From NCBI GenBank assembly GCA_900765115.1, contig CAAFQK010000109.1, positions 4,421-68,420 on the forward strand: DNA of 64,000 nucleotides. Direction: 5' to 3'. This document shows, piece by piece, positions 8,667 through 18,936 of this stretch. The DNA is from an uncultured Collinsella sp. (GTDB lineage: Bacteria > Actinomycetota > Coriobacteriia > Coriobacteriales > Coriobacteriaceae). Under the pieces are notes generated by a model. The model saw nothing but the letters and a program-made list of their open reading frames with translations. It was not told the DNA's origin and did no database searches. A program made the position numbers and the translations under genes. Each line of letters starts with the position of its first letter. Within the stretch, counting starts at the first letter, position 1.

Positions 8667-10203
8667 AAGCCTTACGTCGCTCTTCCCTATCGAGTAGAAG
8701 GAGGGATAGCTCCGTATAACCGATTGCTGCAGAAATAAGACAAGAAATCAGAAAGCACGCCCAGGAAGAAAACGGCAACGCTTTCGAAAGAATTGCAAAT
8801 GTTGCGAGAACAACGAAAAGCCCTACAGCTTCTTTACCAAGTGGTTTATAGAAACTCGATCCACGCAGACCCAACACATGAGCAGCATAAACGGGCTGTA
8901 CAAAACAATGTCTAAACGTCATGACAACGGAACTGACGGAAGCGATTACAAAGAGGCCTTCAAGCTCTGTAAATAGCAGAAGGGACAATTCAATTGCGAC
9001 GACGAGTAAGCTGAAGCCTAAAGTAATAAGAACCGACCCCTTTATCTTATTAGTAAGGGTATTGGCATAGTAAAGAGGCTCAACGAGCGCGCTCGCGAGT
9101 AACGAGACAACAGTCAGAACAGATAGTCTTTGAATCAGAAGGAGCTCTGACACGTCTCGTCCAGGAAGCCATAGTTCATAAAAATGAAGACCATATGCAA
9201 CAAAGCCCGCGAGCGGCACAATCATGACAGCAGCTGTGAATCTCATTGCAAAGCCAAACTGTTTAACAAGCTCGTCAGTATTCTTTTTGGCATAAAGCTC
9301 GGCACATTTGGGATAGAAAAGGCTGGAAAGACTATTTGAAACGGATAACAAGGCATTGGGGATCGTCTTAGCAACTGATAAAATCCCCATCTGGTAGGCA
9401 CCGACAAAGAGATTCGAAATCCACAAATCAAGACCGGTAAGCAAAAGCTTGTTTATTGACTCGATGCTGACCCATAAGCCGCTTTTGAGAATTTCAAGCA
9501 CTCTTTGAATTGAAAAGCAGGTCGCTTTCACCCGGTATTCTGGAGCAATACGTCTCGTAGTCCAAATCTGCAATGCAAGGAATGCAACCGATGCGACAAC
9601 TGCAGCGGCGCTGTAATACCACATATGTGGAGCTACAGTCAAAAAAAGAATACACAGCAACATTGCCCTTATGACGGAGGACACAAGCTGGGCAATGGAG
9701 TTGAGGTATAGCTGGTTCTTGATAAATGCGGCAATTCCAAAAACAACAACGACAAGACTAAGCGCACAATTGAAAAACGCCAACAAAAACATAAGCTGGA
9801 GATCTTCAACTAGCCCAGGCGAAACCGACACGACCGATTCGATATTTGCTGCAAGCAGAACGGATCCAGCCAACACGGCGACGGCCATTACGCAGTTTGC
9901 GAAAAACACGGAGGAATAATAGGACTCCGCACTCTCTTGGTCCCCGCTATGGTGCGCAATCGTGATATAACGACCTGCTAGCGAATTTAAGGCAGTAGTA
10001 ATTACAGCCACATAGCTTACAAAGTTGTTAACAAGACCAACAAAGCCATAGGCTTCTGCCCCCATTTTATCTAGGACAATTGGGGTCAAAAATAAGCTGA
10101 TGACCATCTGGGCAACAATGACAGACACTTGCGAGATAAGGTTTATCGCAAAAGCGGTCTTGCCCTGTAATAATGGAAGCGGTTTGATCTGCTTATTCAT
10201 CAC
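8638..10203 (-). CDS. wzx: Polysaccharide flippase (MOP/Wzx)
   Basis: 521-aa polytopic membrane protein inside the EPS operon. Confidence 0.8.
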   Translation of the reverse strand: MMNKQIKPLPLLQGKTAFAINLISQVSVIVAQMVISLFLTPIVLDKMGAEAYGFVGLVNNFVSYVAVITTALNSLAGRYITIAHHSGDQESAESYYSSVFFANCVMAVAVLAGSVLLAANIESVVSVSPGLVEDLQLMFLLAFFNCALSLVVVVFGIAAFIKNQLYLNSIAQLVSSVIRAMLLCILFLTVAPHMWYYSAAAVVASVAFLALQIWTTRRIAPEYRVKATCFSIQRVLEILKSGLWVSIESINKLLLTGLDLWISNLFVGAYQMGILSVAKTIPNALLSVSNSLSSLFYPKCAELYAKKNTDELVKQFGFAMRFTAAVMIVPLAGFVAYGLHFYELWLPGRDVSELLLIQRLSVLTVVSLLASALVEPLYYANTLTNKIKGSVLITLGFSLLVVAIELSLLLFTELEGLFVIASVSSVVMTFRHCFVQPVYAAHVLGLRGSSFYKPLGKEAVGLFVVLATFAILSKALPFSSWACFLISCLISAAIGYTELSLLLLDREERRKAFGMLLVRRR

Positions 10204-11336
10204 TCGGCAACGCCTCCATTTGAGAGATATGATCTCAGGTAGTTGAGCGAGCGTAGCGACTCAGAGCTTCGAATCTTGTCTGAAGATTCGAAATCTGGTT
10301 TGATTTCGAGAACCTTGCCCAATTTATCAATTGAGCTAAGTCGCCGATCAGAAAGGTTGAGTCCGTCCAGAAGCGACGTTAGTTTCTGGACATTGCCTCC
10401 TTGGCCGTTTCGGTCTCCACGGGGAATCGTCACAAAAGGCGTATGGGTAACGATAGAAAATATGCTTCCATGAAAGGTATCGGTTAACACATAATCAGCT
10501 GCTCGAAAATATGGTAAAACCTGGTCAGGGCGGCATCGAATATGGCGATCGCGCACGGGCTGGTCCTCACCTAATGCGATGAGTTCAAGCCCGTGGGAAT
10601 GAGCAAATTCGAGAGCCTCTCTGCATTCATCCTCGGTAAATCGGAAGCTGTAGCCGTAAAGAATCATGAATCCACTCTCGTTGCAGGGAGACCAGTCTTC
10701 GTTCTCCACTCCACCGACGAGTACAGGATCAAGATGCATGATTGGGGCTTTTCCCGTAAGCCTACTTACAGTGTCAACGGAATTCGTGTCACGAACTGAA
10801 ACCCCCTCGAAACAATTAAGGCAATCCCCTATTTCCCTAGCCACCCCATAGTGGTCAAGTTTTTCATACGTCGTATTGCCGAACGAAGCGGCATAGCTTA
10901 TCACTTTACCTGCATTGGCGCGCCTCCCAAACAATTCAAGGGAGTAACCAATATTGGAACCAAGCTGGAGGCAATTAAACACTTCATCGCTGCCTATGAC
11001 CAGGACGTCGCATTTCGTGTTGTAGTGTCGTCTATCTGTGATTCCTAGCATATCATCGCAACTAAACATTACGGAACGCGATGAGACAGCATCCCCCTTG
11101 AGTGCCTTTTTTATTGAATGACCCAATGATGAGGATTTAAACCACTGTCCAACTTGTCTCATCTCGCATCGAAGGGTTTCCTTTATGTCCCCTTTATGCA
11201 AGATATCGGGCTCAATGTGATAGTCGACGAAAACCACCTGATGACCCAAGGATTCAATCATTCTTTTTAGTGAATAGGCTTGCAAAAAAGACCCGTAATT
11301 GGGAAATCGGTGCATTGTCATAATTCCAACGAGCAT
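10200..11336 (-). CDS. Polysaccharide pyruvyl transferase family protein
   Basis: Start moved to MLVGIMTMH at 11336. NYGSFLQAY, GSDEV, SYAASFG, SVRD, DPV and TDTFHG motifs. Confidence 0.85.
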   Translation of the reverse strand: MLVGIMTMHRFPNYGSFLQAYSLKRMIESLGHQVVFVDYHIEPDILHKGDIKETLRCEMRQVGQWFKSSSLGHSIKKALKGDAVSSRSVMFSCDDMLGITDRRHYNTKCDVLVIGSDEVFNCLQLGSNIGYSLELFGRRANAGKVISYAASFGNTTYEKLDHYGVAREIGDCLNCFEGVSVRDTNSVDTVSRLTGKAPIMHLDPVLVGGVENEDWSPCNESGFMILYGYSFRFTEDECREALEFAHSHGLELIALGEDQPVRDRHIRCRPDQVLPYFRAADYVLTDTFHGSIFSIVTHTPFVTIPRGDRNGQGGNVQKLTSLLDGLNLSDRRLSSIDKLGKVLEIKPDFESSDKIRSSESLRSLNYLRSYLSNGGVAE

Positions 11337-11337
11337 A

Positions 11338-12501
11338 TTATTTCTCCGTAGCATCAAAACCGTGCAAAGCTCCGCAAACCAAAGCAATGCCAAAAGCGAA
11401 TTGGAAGGAAAGGTTAATCTCCACAGATGAACCGAGAACCATGCAAAGCAAAAAGGCGTAAATGCCGAAAAGGCTTTTGTTCTGAACCGGTTTTCCGAGA
11501 AGAGATGTAAACAAACCTGCGAAATAGACCGTAGTGCCCAAGATTCCACACTGGGTTATAAGGTGAAACAATCCGTTTTGCGCGTTACCGTAGCCAAAAG
11601 TGATTCGGTAAATATCGGTAAGGTATCCCCACCCGAAAACAGGCTTCATTGCAACCAGATCAAAAGTGACGGCGTATAGCTGCTCACGTCCAGTCATATT
11701 TGGATTCTTATGCAAAACATTGACTACAAAATTCTGAAACTCAGGCATTTGGAATAGATTTGCTTGTCCCCAAATGAGAATATTCAAAACAGCAACAGAG
11801 GCTGCAAGAAACAAGGGGTTCGCGATAACAAATCGAGTTTTAGCGGGAACAAACGTCAAAGCAAACATAGCGACCATCATCATGGCACCTGTGCTTGAGC
11901 CAGAAAAATACGACATAAAGGCGCCTATGATCACGATCATGCGATTTAAAGTAATCTTATCTCTGTAGCAAACGAGCATAAGACCAGAAAGAAGACAATG
12001 CGCGTAGGATACTATGAACTTATTTCCGATTAGGTACACCGTACTGGAATCAGAGCGATTGTAGGGCAAGACAACCATCATTAAATCGTTGAGTAAGATC
12101 GCAACAATAAAGATGACGAGCACGCGTTTCAGAACAATCTCGGTGGAAAGGCGACAGCACGCATCAACATAGACGAGAATGACGGCAACGATTCCCATTC
12201 CAAACATGAATCCGGAAAAGGACCAAGTCGGACTATGGGTATTAATCCAGGTCGAGTACGCCATAAGCGCAGAGAATGCGCTAAGAAGTATCATGACAAT
12301 TGGAATGCTCTTACAACAAAGAATGTTCTTTAAGACAAGATACGCAATTAAGCCATAGCGAACCAACGAGTACGCTCCGCCGCCACTGCCATCCGTAGGA
12401 GCGAAAAAGAGTAAGGTCGCTAACACGATGTCTATGTCCTTGATGGTGACATCAGCAAGAGTTTTTCGCTTAATGGAAACGGTTGCAGCATCATTACACA
12501 T
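11338..12501 (-). CDS. wzy: Polysaccharide polymerase (Wzy/O-antigen ligase-like)
   Basis: Many TM helices; TGR...FGWG...AQNG...GILG loop motif. Confidence 0.75.
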   Translation of the reverse strand: MCNDAATVSIKRKTLADVTIKDIDIVLATLLFFAPTDGSGGGAYSLVRYGLIAYLVLKNILCCKSIPIVMILLSAFSALMAYSTWINTHSPTWSFSGFMFGMGIVAVILVYVDACCRLSTEIVLKRVLVIFIVAILLNDLMMVVLPYNRSDSSTVYLIGNKFIVSYAHCLLSGLMLVCYRDKITLNRMIVIIGAFMSYFSGSSTGAMMMVAMFALTFVPAKTRFVIANPLFLAASVAVLNILIWGQANLFQMPEFQNFVVNVLHKNPNMTGREQLYAVTFDLVAMKPVFGWGYLTDIYRITFGYGNAQNGLFHLITQCGILGTTVYFAGLFTSLLGKPVQNKSLFGIYAFLLCMVLGSSVEINLSFQFAFGIALVCGALHGFDATEK

Positions 12502-13495
12502 AGCGCTTAACCCCGTTTCTAACCTGACGGGCTAGCCAGAATAGGCGGTAAAGATGCATACGCGTGGCAAAGACGCGCGCAATTTCAACTTTTTTGTGCC
12601 CACCAAGCGTAACGTAGCTTTGGAAACAATGACGGAATAGGCCCCAATAGGCGCTGTAATCCTCGCCCCATTCTTTTCTCGCTCCCGGGGAGCAAATCAT
12701 GCACTCAATCATTCCTGCCATTTGTGCGCAGCAATACGAGTTGATGTCCATAGAAAAATCAGGCTTGTTTTTCTCTACCCAAGCTGTCATCTCCCGACAG
12801 TTATACATAACATCAAATTGTTTATGGCTGTAGGTTGACTTGCTAATGCTTCCGGTGCGAAACACGTAGTGGTAGAGACACTTCCCTACATGAACGACAT
12901 CGCTACAGCGGTCGAGCAGTTGCAAAATAATGGCTGCATCCTCGCTTATGCGTCCATAGGGATAGCGGATTTCATCAAACAGCTCACGACGATAAAGCTT
13001 ATCCCACGCAGACACATCAATGATGTTGCCGAGTAAAGCCTCCTTCATAGCGTCTGCGGAAGTAAGCCTCATCACTACGGGTGTAGAAAATTCATTTCTA
13101 ACAGTGTCTCCCATATGTACATACCTACCACAAGTGACCATAGACACTTCACCATCGACCATTCCGGCCAAAAGTGTTTCGTACATATCGGGCTCGATAA
13201 AATCGTCGCTATCAACAAAACCAAGGTATTCACCCTCAGCGATATCGATTCCGGCATTTCTGGCAGAGGACAATCCGCCATTCTGCTTATGTATAACGCA
13301 GATGCGGGAATCTCTGTCTGCCCAGGCATCACAAAGCTCACCACTCAAGTCTGTTGATCCATCATCAACAAGAATTATTTGAAGATCGCTGAACGTTTGT
13401 CCCACAAGGCTCTCAACGCACCTATTTAGCTCCGCTTCGACGTTATAGACGGGAACAACAACTGTTACAACGGGGCCATTATTGTTTTTATTCAT
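12494..13495 (-). CDS. Glycosyltransferase family 2
   Basis: VVVPVYNVE, VDDGSTD, GLSSARN and FVDSDD motifs. Confidence 0.9.
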   Translation of the reverse strand: MNKNNNGPVVTVVVPVYNVEAELNRCVESLVGQTFSDLQIILVDDGSTDLSGELCDAWADRDSRICVIHKQNGGLSSARNAGIDIAEGEYLGFVDSDDFIEPDMYETLLAGMVDGEVSMVTCGRYVHMGDTVRNEFSTPVVMRLTSADAMKEALLGNIIDVSAWDKLYRRELFDEIRYPYGRISEDAAIILQLLDRCSDVVHVGKCLYHYVFRTGSISKSTYSHKQFDVMYNCREMTAWVEKNKPDFSMDINSYCCAQMAGMIECMICSPGARKEWGEDYSAYWGLFRHCFQSYVTLGGHKKVEIARVFATRMHLYRLFWLARQVRNGVKRYV

Positions 13496-13497
13496 AG

Positions 13498-14208
13498 TTA
13501 CTCAACTTCGGCATTGTCGCAGTAGGCAAGAAACTGCTCAAAGCTATTAAATTGTCTCGGGGTTGCCAAAATCGCTTCGCTTTTATCGTAAGTCCCCATG
13601 AGGCTCATTTGAAAAACATAGCTGTCGTTAAGTCGATCAGGAGTGGCCCACAAAAAGAAATACTCCCTCATTTCGTCTGCACGAGGATCGCGCCCGAATC
13701 GGCGACGAAAACGGACTACGTAGTCTTTCGCCTCTTCCAGCTGAGCTGACGCGCGCTTCTCACGGTAGCACTCTAATGAGCAAACCTTCTTTGCTGGAAC
13801 GCCTGCATAAACAGAGTCGTGTTCAAGCCTTCCACTTACGACGGAGTGTGCACCGACGATCACGTTGTCCTCGATTGTCGTACCGCACAAGATTGTGGCA
13901 CCCCAACCAATGAAAATGTTGTTACCTATGGTCACATGTTTTTGGTTGCCTAAAACCTCCCCAGTTTTTCCTTTAATTACTCCCCAAGAATAATCATGCG
14001 TCAGGATTGTAGATGGGCCCGTAATCTTTACATGGTCACCGATAGTGATCAGATGTGGATTTTGAATATCAACCGTGATTTCTTTGGGGCAGTAAAAAGT
14101 CACATCGTCCCCAATGGCAACACCCAATTTTCTCAAGCGGCTAATCAGTAAATCGTTATTGAGGAAAATAGAATTGTATAAATACTTAAGTCCATTAATT
14201 AAAGCCAT
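13498..14208 (-). CDS. Hexapeptide-repeat (LbH) O-acyltransferase, paralog A
   Basis: IGDDV/IGDHV/IGNNIFIG repeats, THDYS, YAGVPAK; GGAGG RBS before MALIN. Confidence 0.85.
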   Translation of the reverse strand: MALINGLKYLYNSIFLNNDLLISRLRKLGVAIGDDVTFYCPKEITVDIQNPHLITIGDHVKITGPSTILTHDYSWGVIKGKTGEVLGNQKHVTIGNNIFIGWGATILCGTTIEDNVIVGAHSVVSGRLEHDSVYAGVPAKKVCSLECYREKRASAQLEEAKDYVVRFRRRFGRDPRADEMREYFFLWATPDRLNDSYVFQMSLMGTYDKSEAILATPRQFNSFEQFLAYCDNAEVE

Positions 14209-14223
14209 GTTCACGCCTCCAAT

Positions 14224-14610
14224 CTAGAAAACACCATATGAAGCGGCCAAATATAGAACACTCACGGTCCGCCGCCTCAGCAGTTCCACAAAAGCTCTTT
14301 GTGTTATGCCGAGTCTCTCGCATGGGTAGCCGCTAATTACCTTCAACATGCAATCATCGCTCGCCATTCTTCGAATGGCATCGCAGGCATCTCGTCGGCT
14401 TTTGTCACTAACGCGAGGAACTTCCTGCGAGACGCACGTCTTCATATTGATAAATAGGGGCTTTTCTAATCTCAAAACGCATTCTGTTTCCGAGGGCGAG
14501 CCCGTCACGAGTCGAAGAGCGTAGTTGTTGAAGAAAAGACTGGCGTCAAAGCGATCCGGCCTGTACGAGGTGGTGAGAGACGAGGGGTTGGTGCGATACG
14601 AATACCCCAC
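14224..14610 (-). pseudogene. 3' remnant of a GT2, diverged copy of 15359-15755
   Basis: VGYSYRTNPSSLTTSYRPDRFDASLFF... closely matches the C-terminus of the GT2 at 15359-16396. The catalytic N-terminus is missing. Confidence 0.85.
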
Positions 14611-14647
14611 ACAGCCATCCTTTCTGAAAGTCAAGGACGAGCACCCT

Positions 14648-15343
14648 TTATTTGCAGTCATCGATGAAGGCGATGAAATCCTCGTATTGCTTAGCGCCCT
14701 TCATCCACTTCAAACTCTCCTCACACGTCCCCATCAGCCTCGCCTGCGACTCATGCACGCCGCAGAGATTCTCGGGGTCTGCGAATAGCGGAAAGTATTC
14801 GCGAATCTCCTCGGGCTTGGGATCGCGGCCCCTCCTCGCACGGAAGAGCTGCACGTACTCCTTGGCCTCTTCGACCTGAGCTGAGGCTCGCTTTTCCCGG
14901 TAGTGTTCCAATGAACAGATTCGCCGAGCGGGCACCCCTCCCCAGACAGAATCACCTTCTATATGACCGCTCACCACGGCATGGGCACCGATAATCACAT
15001 TGTCCTCGATGGTCGTGCCGCAAAGGATTGTGGCGCCCCACCCGACGAAAACGTTGTTGCCAATGGTGACTGGCTTCTCATTGCCCAGGATCTCACCCGT
15101 TTTGCCCTTGACTACGGACCAGCCGTAGTCAAGAGTCAGGATAGTAATGGGCCCCGTGAGGTTAACGTGGTCGCCGATTGTCAGAAGGTGCGGGTCGGTG
15201 ATGTCGACGTGCGTGTCGCCGGGGCAATGGAACGTGACGTCCTCACCAATAGTGACACCGCGTGAACGCAGGTACTTCAAGTACCCCTCGTTGTTCACGA
15301 GGAGCTTGTTGTAAACCTTCCTCACCACGTCTCTCAAAGCCAT
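14648..15343 (-). CDS. Hexapeptide-repeat (LbH) O-acyltransferase, paralog B
   Basis: Collinear homolog of paralog A; shares GWGATILCGTTIEDNVI and YREKRASAQ. Confidence 0.85.
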   Translation of the reverse strand: MALRDVVRKVYNKLLVNNEGYLKYLRSRGVTIGEDVTFHCPGDTHVDITDPHLLTIGDHVNLTGPITILTLDYGWSVVKGKTGEILGNEKPVTIGNNVFVGWGATILCGTTIEDNVIIGAHAVVSGHIEGDSVWGGVPARRICSLEHYREKRASAQVEEAKEYVQLFRARRGRDPKPEEIREYFPLFADPENLCGVHESQARLMGTCEESLKWMKGAKQYEDFIAFIDDCK

Positions 15344-15358
15344 GTTCGCGTCTCCAAT

Positions 15359-16396
15359 CTAGATGACCCCCTTAACCGCAGCCATGTAGAGAACGTTTGC
15401 GGCCTGGTGCCTCAGCAACTGCACGAAGGCCTTCTGCTTAAAGCGGAGTCTCTCGCATGGGTAGTCATTAATCACTTTCATCAGGCGTTCGTCGCCCGCC
15501 ATATTGTGAATGGCGCGGCAGGCGTCGCGGCGGCTCTTACCGCTTACGCGAGGCACTTCCTGCGAGATGCACATCTTCATATTGATAAATAAGGTCTTTT
15601 TTAATCTCAAAACGCATTCCGATTCCGAGGGCGAGTCCGCCACGAGTCGAAGAGCGTAGTCGTAGAAAAAAAGACTGGCGTCGAAGCGATCTGGTCTATA
15701 CGAAGTGGTAAGTGACGAAAGGTTCGTGCGGTACGAATACCCCACGTTGCTCGTCGTCACTACCTTGTTGCTAGTCCTGAGGTACTTGTATTTAAAGACG
15801 AAGTCTTCGCTGATTACCTCGCGCTCCGAGGGAAAGCGCAGGATATGTTCGTTTATGTTCCTTGTTGCGAAAATAGACGAACATACCGACATTGGAATCG
15901 AATCGGACATCTCGGGGGAGCTGCCGCATACGCGGGGTATAAACCTCTTTGCTAGCTCGTCGCCCTCCCACACGGCGTCCTCGAGTTTGAACTCAAACTG
16001 GGGACTTCCTTTATCATCTCTCTTGGTGAAACCGCCCAGAACACAATCCGCCCCGGTGTCCTCAATGGCTCGGGCTAACGTCTCAACCATGTCGGATTCG
16101 AGCCAGTCATCCGAGTCCACGAACATTACGTGCGTTGACTCAGGGCACAGGTTGTCAAGCCCCGTGTTGCGCGCGAAACCCAACCCCGCGTTCTCCTTAT
16201 GCACTGTCCGCACGCAATCGTTCTCAGAGGAGAGTCGATCACACAGTTCGCCCGACCCGTCGGTCGACCCGTCGTCGACGAGCAACACCTCGAAAATTGA
16301 ATACGACTGTTCAAGAATTGAGCGGACGCACTGCTCGAGGTAGCGCCTAACGTTATACACGGGCACGATAAGGGTTATGTTCAGCTTTTGATCCAC
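15359..16396 (-). CDS. Glycosyltransferase family 2
   Basis: IVPVYNV, VDDGSTD, GLGFARN and FVDSDD motifs. Confidence 0.9.
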   Translation of the reverse strand: MDQKLNITLIVPVYNVRRYLEQCVRSILEQSYSIFEVLLVDDGSTDGSGELCDRLSSENDCVRTVHKENAGLGFARNTGLDNLCPESTHVMFVDSDDWLESDMVETLARAIEDTGADCVLGGFTKRDDKGSPQFEFKLEDAVWEGDELAKRFIPRVCGSSPEMSDSIPMSVCSSIFATRNINEHILRFPSEREVISEDFVFKYKYLRTSNKVVTTSNVGYSYRTNLSSLTTSYRPDRFDASLFFYDYALRLVADSPSESECVLRLKKTLFINMKMCISQEVPRVSGKSRRDACRAIHNMAGDERLMKVINDYPCERLRFKQKAFVQLLRHQAANVLYMAAVKGVI

Positions 16397-16423
16397 GTTT
16401 AAGAATGCTTCCTAGTCGTATCT

Positions 16424-16966
16424 CTATACCAATCGAGCGGGCGCACCGGCGTACAGCGCGCCCGACTCGGTAAGGTCGCACGTGACAACAGGGTTCTCCG
16501 AGACGAGAGGGCGGCACGCAATCGAGGAACCGCGCTTAACGACCGCATTAGCGCAAAGGCAACAATGCTGACCAATCGAAACCGGCGCGTAGGTTAACTT
16601 TGAGCTAACCCCTCTGCAGTCGAATTCGTGGTCGCGGTCGTAAATCTGGACATTAGGACCAAAGAGCGTGTTTGCACCGATGAGGGCGGATTGGACTGCC
16701 GTCACGCGGCAGCCCTCGTTCATGTAGACGCCGTCTTCCAGCACTAAAGTTGCGCCTTTATTGACCTGTACGAAGCACTCAGGGCTCAAATAAACGCCCG
16801 CACCGATGCTGAGGGATGCGCCCTCGTCCAATATCACCCGTGCGCCCTTGCCCAGGTACAATGGTTTGTCTGAGGCGATCTTGAGCCAATTTCCGGCCAC
16901 AACGCACATCTTGGCAACCCGTAGGGCGGAAGCGCCCCATTTAAGCGCCTTAGCAATCTTGTTCAT
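16424..16966 (-). CDS. Hexapeptide-repeat acyltransferase (possibly degenerating)
   Basis: IGANTLFGPNVQIYDRDH and YAGAPAR; the C-terminal hexapeptides look irregular. Confidence 0.7.
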   Translation of the reverse strand: MNKIAKALKWGASALRVAKMCVVAGNWLKIASDKPLYLGKGARVILDEGASLSIGAGVYLSPECFVQVNKGATLVLEDGVYMNEGCRVTAVQSALIGANTLFGPNVQIYDRDHEFDCRGVSSKLTYAPVSIGQHCCLCANAVVKRGSSIACRPLVSENPVVTCDLTESGALYAGAPARLV

Positions 16967-17825
16967 CGGTGCTTCCGCTACTTGTAGGGTCGAAGTCGCT
17001 GGAAACGCTGACGCGCCAGGCCTTCAACTCATGCGCAATACGCTTGTCGGCAGGCGGAAGTGACATATAGTCCCCGTACATTATCGAGAGATAGCGGTCC
17101 GCATCCTCAAAGCCAAAGAACTGTTCGTTTTCGAATTCGTATTCAACCAAGTTGTTAAACAGGCTCGCGGGGAAAACCTCCAGCGACTGGCTGACCGCCC
17201 AAGCCAGATTGGCAGCAGTGCCGATAGTTGAAAAGCAACCGTTATCCGTCATCGTTCTTAGCTTGCCGAGAGCCCACTGTTGCAGAGGGGTGTGCCTGGC
17301 AAGCGCGCCGAAGACGGTTTTGAAGCAGCCAGCAACTCCTGGCTGTCCCGAGCTCCATCTTGATGCTTGGAACAGGTACTTATATCGAGCTGCTGCATCC
17401 CAGGCCTTGCTGGCTTCGGCTTCACTTTCGAAAGAAACAATCGGAAAGATATCGATCCACACATATTCGCGGATTCCCTCTGCAATGAATGCAGATTTTA
17501 CCTCAATGCTGGTATCCACCAGTTTTTCAAAAGGAATTGCAGCTGAACCTTTAAGGTTCAGCTGACTGGCAAGCCCAACATGGGATTGCTCCGCTCCAGT
17601 ACGGGAGGCGAAGCCAGCCAGAAACTTCCTGTAGTCCTCAACGGGCATGACGACATCGATATCATCATCCCAGGGAATGAACCCCTTGTGCCTAACCGCA
17701 CCGAGAAGAGTGCCGGAACCCATTGAATATCGCAGATTGTTCTCTCGACAATAGCAGTCGAAAATGCGAAGGAGCCGCAGCTCGGCAGCTTTCACCTCTT
17801 GCATGGATAAATACTCGGTCGTCAT
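16950..17825 (-). CDS. licD: LicD-family phosphotransferase
   Basis: GTLLGAVRHKGFIPWDDDIDV, IDIFP and YGDYM motifs. Confidence 0.9.
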   Translation of the reverse strand: MTTEYLSMQEVKAAELRLLRIFDCYCRENNLRYSMGSGTLLGAVRHKGFIPWDDDIDVVMPVEDYRKFLAGFASRTGAEQSHVGLASQLNLKGSAAIPFEKLVDTSIEVKSAFIAEGIREYVWIDIFPIVSFESEAEASKAWDAAARYKYLFQASRWSSGQPGVAGCFKTVFGALARHTPLQQWALGKLRTMTDNGCFSTIGTAANLAWAVSQSLEVFPASLFNNLVEYEFENEQFFGFEDADRYLSIMYGDYMSLPPADKRIAHELKAWRVSVSSDFDPTSSGSTDEQDC

Positions 17826-17826
17826 A

Positions 17827-18936
17827 TTACGCTCCTTTAGTCATATTCCTATAGCGATCAGAGAGTTGCTCGTAGAGCGACCTCGTGGTGTAACCCGCTT
17901 TATCAAGAAACGGAACATAGTCCGCCTCGGCAGTTAGTTCCCTTTTGCCGGCGCAGGTTTCCAGCAAATCAGCCCACTCCTTGTCGGAAAGCGAAAGTGC
18001 TGCGCGCTTGAGAAGGCCCGTCAGATCGGCCTCTTGGGTAACCGCGTCAGAGCTGAGGATGGGCAGTCCATTTGCCTGGGCCTCAATGAAGGCAATCGGT
18101 AGCCCCTCGTGGAAAGAGGGGGCAAGCAGCGCATCCATGGCGCTGTAGTACCTCCAGATATCGTCAACGGTACCGATGAAAACCGCCGATTCGCTCAGCC
18201 CCAATTTAGCCGCCTTCTCCTTCGCAAGGGGAAGTTCCTCGGCTTGGCCGAAGAGCAGAAGGCGAGAATCGGCCTTACTGGAGCGCAGCTGATTGAAGAT
18301 ATCGAGGGCGCGCAGGGTGTTTTTCGCAGGAATGCCTGCCCCGACAAACCCTATGACGGTGGCATTGCCCGGGATCCCAAGCCGATGTCTAACGGCAGCC
18401 CGGTCAGAGGACGAGAATCGGAATTTATCGGAATCGACCCCGTTGTGCACCAAGGCATAGCCAGCGCCCCGAAAGAGATATTCACCTGCGACCTCGCTGC
18501 ATGCCCAGCGCTCACTCGCCGACGGGAGAAACCTCTCTATCATGGCCACGTTGACCATATTCTTCAAACGCGAGGTGCTGCCAAGCGCGCTGTTATGGCA
18601 GTGCACGATGCGCGAGGGAACTCCGGCTTTTTTGGCCTCAGAGGCGAAGACGAAGCCGAGTGCGTTGTTCGTGTGAATCTGAACGATGTCGAAACGGTGC
18701 TTCGACAGAAAAGCGCCAAGACGCTTCGCCCCCAGAGTGCCAACCAGCAGCGGGCTGTAGCTATCGATTAAAGGACCGAAGAATCGCTCTCCGAACCTAT
18801 CCCCTTCGACTCTTCCCACCGACAGCACGCTCTGCTCGATATCGGGAGCCGGGCAATCGAGCATCGTGGAGACGAAGGTCCTCCCCCCGCCCCTGCCGGG
18901 TCCTAACTGTTGAATGATGTGCAGGACCCGAATCAT
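17827..18936 (-). CDS. Glycosyltransferase family 4 (EpsF-like)
   Basis: GT-B motif EGLPIAFIEAQANGLP; RIVHCHN. Confidence 0.85.
   Translation of the reverse strand: MIRVLHIIQQLGPGRGGGRTFVSTMLDCPAPDIEQSVLSVGRVEGDRFGERFFGPLIDSYSPLLVGTLGAKRLGAFLSKHRFDIVQIHTNNALGFVFASEAKKAGVPSRIVHCHNSALGSTSRLKNMVNVAMIERFLPSASERWACSEVAGEYLFRGAGYALVHNGVDSDKFRFSSSDRAAVRHRLGIPGNATVIGFVGAGIPAKNTLRALDIFNQLRSSKADSRLLLFGQAEELPLAKEKAAKLGLSESAVFIGTVDDIWRYYSAMDALLAPSFHEGLPIAFIEAQANGLPILSSDAVTQEADLTGLLKRAALSLSDKEWADLLETCAGKRELTAEADYVPFLDKAGYTTRSLYEQLSDRYRNMTKGA

Noticed and set aside
11337..11549. N-terminal extension of the pyruvyltransferase ORF in the track
   Set aside because: It overlaps wzy; the family-typical start lies at 11336.
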